From the NCBI RefSeq assembly GCF_044704955.1, contig NC_091980.1, positions 273,730,001 through 273,794,000 on the forward strand: a DNA stretch of 64,000 nt, given 5' to 3'. Position 1 is the first letter of the stretch. Each line of letters starts with the position of its first letter. The stretch comes from Pristiophorus japonicus. Taxonomy: Eukaryota. This document shows positions 60,761-64,000 of the stretch, piece by piece. The notes under the pieces are model-generated. The model was not told the origin of the DNA. It worked only from the letters and a program-made list of their open reading frames with translations, and ran no database searches. Position numbers and translations under genes: made by a program.

Positions 60761-62216
60761 GTCCCGCTCTCGTGCCCTCTCGGAACTCCCACTGCTCCCG
60801 CTCTCGTGCCCTCTCGGAACTCCCACTGCTCCCGCTCTCACGCCCTCCCTGAACTCCCACTGCTCCTGCTCTCGTGCCCTCTCGGAACTCCCACTGCTCC
60901 CGCTCTCACGCCCTCCCTGAACTCCCACTGCTCCCGCTCTCACGCCCTCCCTGAACTCCCACTGGTCCCGCTCTCACGCCCTCCCTGAACTCCCACTGCT
61001 CCCACTCTCGCACCCTCTCGGAACTCCCACTGCTCCCACTCTCGCACCCTCTCGGAACTCCCACTGCTCCCGCTCTCGCGCCCTCTCGGAACTCCCACTG
61101 CTCCCGCTCTCGCGCCCTCTCGGAACTCCCACTGCTCCCGCTCTCACGCCCTCCCTGAACTCCCACTGCTCCCGCTCTCACGCCCTCCCTGAACTCCCAC
61201 TGCTCCCACTCTCGCACCCTCTCGGAACTCCCACTGCTCCCACTCTCACGCCCTCCCTGAACTCCCACTGCTCCCGCTCTCGCGCCCTCTCGGAACTCCC
61301 ACTGCTCCCGCTCTCACGCCCTCCCTGAACTCCCACTGCTCCCGCTCTCACGCCCTCCCTGAACTCCCACTGCTCCCGCTCTCACGCCCTCCCTGAACTC
61401 CCACTGCTCCCGCTCTCGTGCCCTCTCTGAACTCCCACTGCTCCCGCTCTCACGCCCTCCCTGAACTCCCACTGCTCCCGCTCTCACGCCCTCCCTGAAC
61501 TCCCACTGCTCCCACTCTCGCGCCCTCTCGGAACTCCCACTGCTCCCGCTCTTGCGCCCTCTCTGAACTCCCACTGCTCCCGCTCTCACGCCCTCCCTGA
61601 ACTCCCACTGCTCCCGCTCTCGTGCCCTCTCAGAACTCCCACTGCTCCCGCTCTCGTGCCCTCCCTGAACTCCCACTGCTCCCGCTCTCACGCCCTCCCT
61701 GAACTCCCACTGCTCCCACTCTCGCGCCCTCTCGGAACTCCCACTGCTCCCGCTCTCACGCCCTCCCTGAACTCCCACTGCTCCCGCTCTCGCGCCCTCT
61801 CGGAACTCCCACTGCTCCCGCTCTCGCACCCTCTCGGAACTCCCACTGCTCCCGCTCTCGCGCCCTCTCGGAACTCCCACTGGTCCCGCTCTCGCGCCCT
61901 CTCGGAACTCCCACTGCTCCCACTCTCGCGCCCTCTCGGAACTCCCACTGCTCCCGCTCTCGTGCCCTCTCTGAACTCCCACTGCTCCCGCTCTCGTGCC
62001 TTCTCTGAACTCCCACTGCTCCCGCTCTCGTGCCCTCTCTGAACTCCCACTGCTCCCGCTCTCGTGCCCTCTCTGAACTCCCACTGCTCCCGCTCTCGCG
62101 CCCTCTCGGAACTCCCACTGCTCCCACTCTCGCGCCCTCTCGGAACTCCCACTGCTCCCGCTCTCGTGCCCTCTCTGAACTCCCACTGCTCCCGCTCTCG
62201 TGCCCTCTCCGAACTC
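60761..62216. repeat. 34-bp minisatellite, ~43 copies
   Basis: Unit CTCTCGGAACTCCCACTGCTCCCGCTCTCGCGCC and variant CTCCCTGAAC..CTCACGCC; head-to-tail, no spacers. Confidence 0.95.
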
Positions 62217-62932
62217 TTTTCACTTTGGGTACATATTTGTTTTCCACATTTATTACCTTGTTCTTAAAAACTTTCCATTTATATTCTATCTACATCTGTC
62301 TCATCGCCACCCAGGAGGGTTAGCCAATTTACCCATTCCACATTATCTGACATCTTGGTGAAGTTTGCTCTTCTGAAATCTTGTACGAGCTGCAGGTGCT
62401 CAGTACCTTTAGCTTTACTAGCCAATTGAAACCGTATAATGTTGTGGTCACTGTTGGCCAGATGTTCCCCCACATGAAGGCCCGATACGAGGTCAGGCTG
62501 ACTATTAAACATTAGATCTAAGATATGATTATCCCTAGTTACTTTATTGAAACCGAACTTCAATAGGGTCAGTGAATGGAAGACTACATTTATATATGTT
62601 TTTAAATTAAAGGTAGTTAGGTACTCCTGGGGGATTTTCTTTAAACCTCAAGATAGAATTAGAGCAATTTTAACCCTTGAACTCACCCATCGAAGCCCCA
62701 CAGTGACCCCACAGGCCACGGTTCTGAGCCTCACGCTGCTGTGGTCAGGACTGTTGGCTACCATTCTCGGCCCCGCCCGCCCGATTCCCACCCCAAGTTA
62801 AAATTGGGACTATACTGTACAATTAATTCAAAAATCCATCGGTGTGTCATTTAATTTGTGTGATATTTTCATATTTTATTATTTATTATACTAGGGTATT
62901 GAAGTTCTCAATTCTCTCATCTTTCCTTTCAG

Positions 62933-63005
62933 TTATGTATTTGGATGGCTCCTTATTGGTGTTTGAAGATATCTTCAAAATGGTGGCATTCTACTGTGTG
63001 AGCAG
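62933..63005 (+). CDS. RIN3: RIN3 internal coding exon (SH2 domain, C-part)
   Basis: ctttcctttcag| acceptor and |gtaag donor; 73 bp. Joins phase-1 to 21878 (A+TT=Ile), giving IMYLDGSLLVFEDIFKMVAFYCVSR, compared with human RIN3 ILYLEGSALVFEDIFRLIAFYCVSR (from memory). Confidence 0.93.
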
Positions 63006-63548
63006 GTAAGACACTGTTTGACAGATCCACTCAGCCCATGTAACACAGCGCGTAATACAGGTTTTTAACAACAACTTACATATATATAGTGCCTTTAATG
63101 CAATTTGTTTTCTGAATGTAAAAAAAAATCTCTTTCTTGCCATTTATATCTAAGCTGCCTTTTTTCAGCTGGATCGATCAGATTTGTCCATTATTATTCT
63201 TTGTAAACAGTTTCAACCCGATTCCAAGTGGGTGAGAGTCCACAGCACAAACTTTAGTCAAAGAGGCCATAGGGATTGTGTGGGAAATATAAGAATTTAC
63301 ACTACTCAGGTATGAGTACTGTTTAAGGTTGGCTGCACAACATTTCTCCGAGAAGTATAGAAGGAGCCACGCATCCATGGCAATGGTTCTAGTAGCGAGA
63401 TTATCTGGCCTATATATTAGCACTGAATAACTTGTGTTGCAGCAGGATATATCAATATGGCTGTACCTTTATCACTGAGTTCATCTTTCTGTATGCATCA
63501 TAACCCAAAGAGGACATAATACTCTACGTATGCTGTCACCAGAGTTTC

Positions 63549-64000
63549 AGGGAGGAATTTTTACCTTTGGGAGCGGGCAGGTAGTTAAAAGGGATGAAAC
63601 AGGTGGCCGGCTCGAACCGGCTGATTTCCGTTTTTAACTGCAGCGCTTGCAGCTGTGTGCAAGAAACCCCAATGGGAGAGGCAGGTTGACAATTGAAAGA
63701 TATTAAGAGACAATTAGGAGCTGTTTTAACTGCAGATTTGAGCTTTAACTGCAGGCTTCCTGGGACTTGCCAGTGAAAGCAAGGCGAGATAACAGTGCGA
63801 ATTGATGGGGCTGACCAAAATGACAGGCAAACAATCCTATAAGTGCTCAGAACTCACAGCTGCTTCCTTGCCTGAGTGAAAGGCTTCTGGAGAGTGTGCT
63901 TTCACTACGTTGCAGCTGATTTCCACTATTTCGGAGGTCATTTGTGCTACCGTGGATTTTTGTAAGCCTGATCTACGCTTTCCATCTGTCAAGCATAAGT
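63549..64000. mobile_element. Probable start of an old Harbinger-like non-autonomous element
   Basis: GG..aatttt terminus and subterminal ttttaac/gttaaaa motifs like other MITEs here; the other end is not seen. Confidence 0.35.

Noticed and set aside
60761-62216. CRISPR-like array or repetitive proteins (REREQWEFREG, GSSGSS ORFs)
   Set aside because: Units are head-to-tail without unique spacers, there are no cas genes and the context is eukaryotic. The ORFs are artefacts of a 34-bp repeat.

Overview
Eukaryotic, repeat-saturated vertebrate DNA. The TE families (CR1 with (CATAGAAA)n tails, Deu/SacSINE-like SINEs, Harbinger, Gypsy) suggest a cartilaginous fish; this is inference. The only recognisable host gene is RIN3 (Ras and Rab interactor 3) on the + strand. 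Two phase-compatible SH2-domain exons (21764-21878 and 62933-63005) are separated by a ~41 kb intron, so the window is most likely almost entirely RIN3 intronic sequence. The introns are built from deeply nested mobile elements: many CR1 LINEs (two very young, with intact RT), three Gypsy LTR elements plus a solo LTR, several Harbinger/PIF relics (transposase and Myb/SANT ORFs) and their MITEs, RTE and probable ancient L1 relics, SINEs, a (CA)-rich microsatellite with an assembly gap, and a ~43-copy 34-bp minisatellite. There are no prokaryotic features or CRISPR arrays. The most unusual items are a Gypsy element whose RT/RH/IN is replaced by a ~400-aa unknown extension, CTCF-like motifs in the LTRs, a four-level nested insertion forming a long inverted repeat, and an in-frame double-RT chimeric ORF. 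All family calls are by eye, without database searches.
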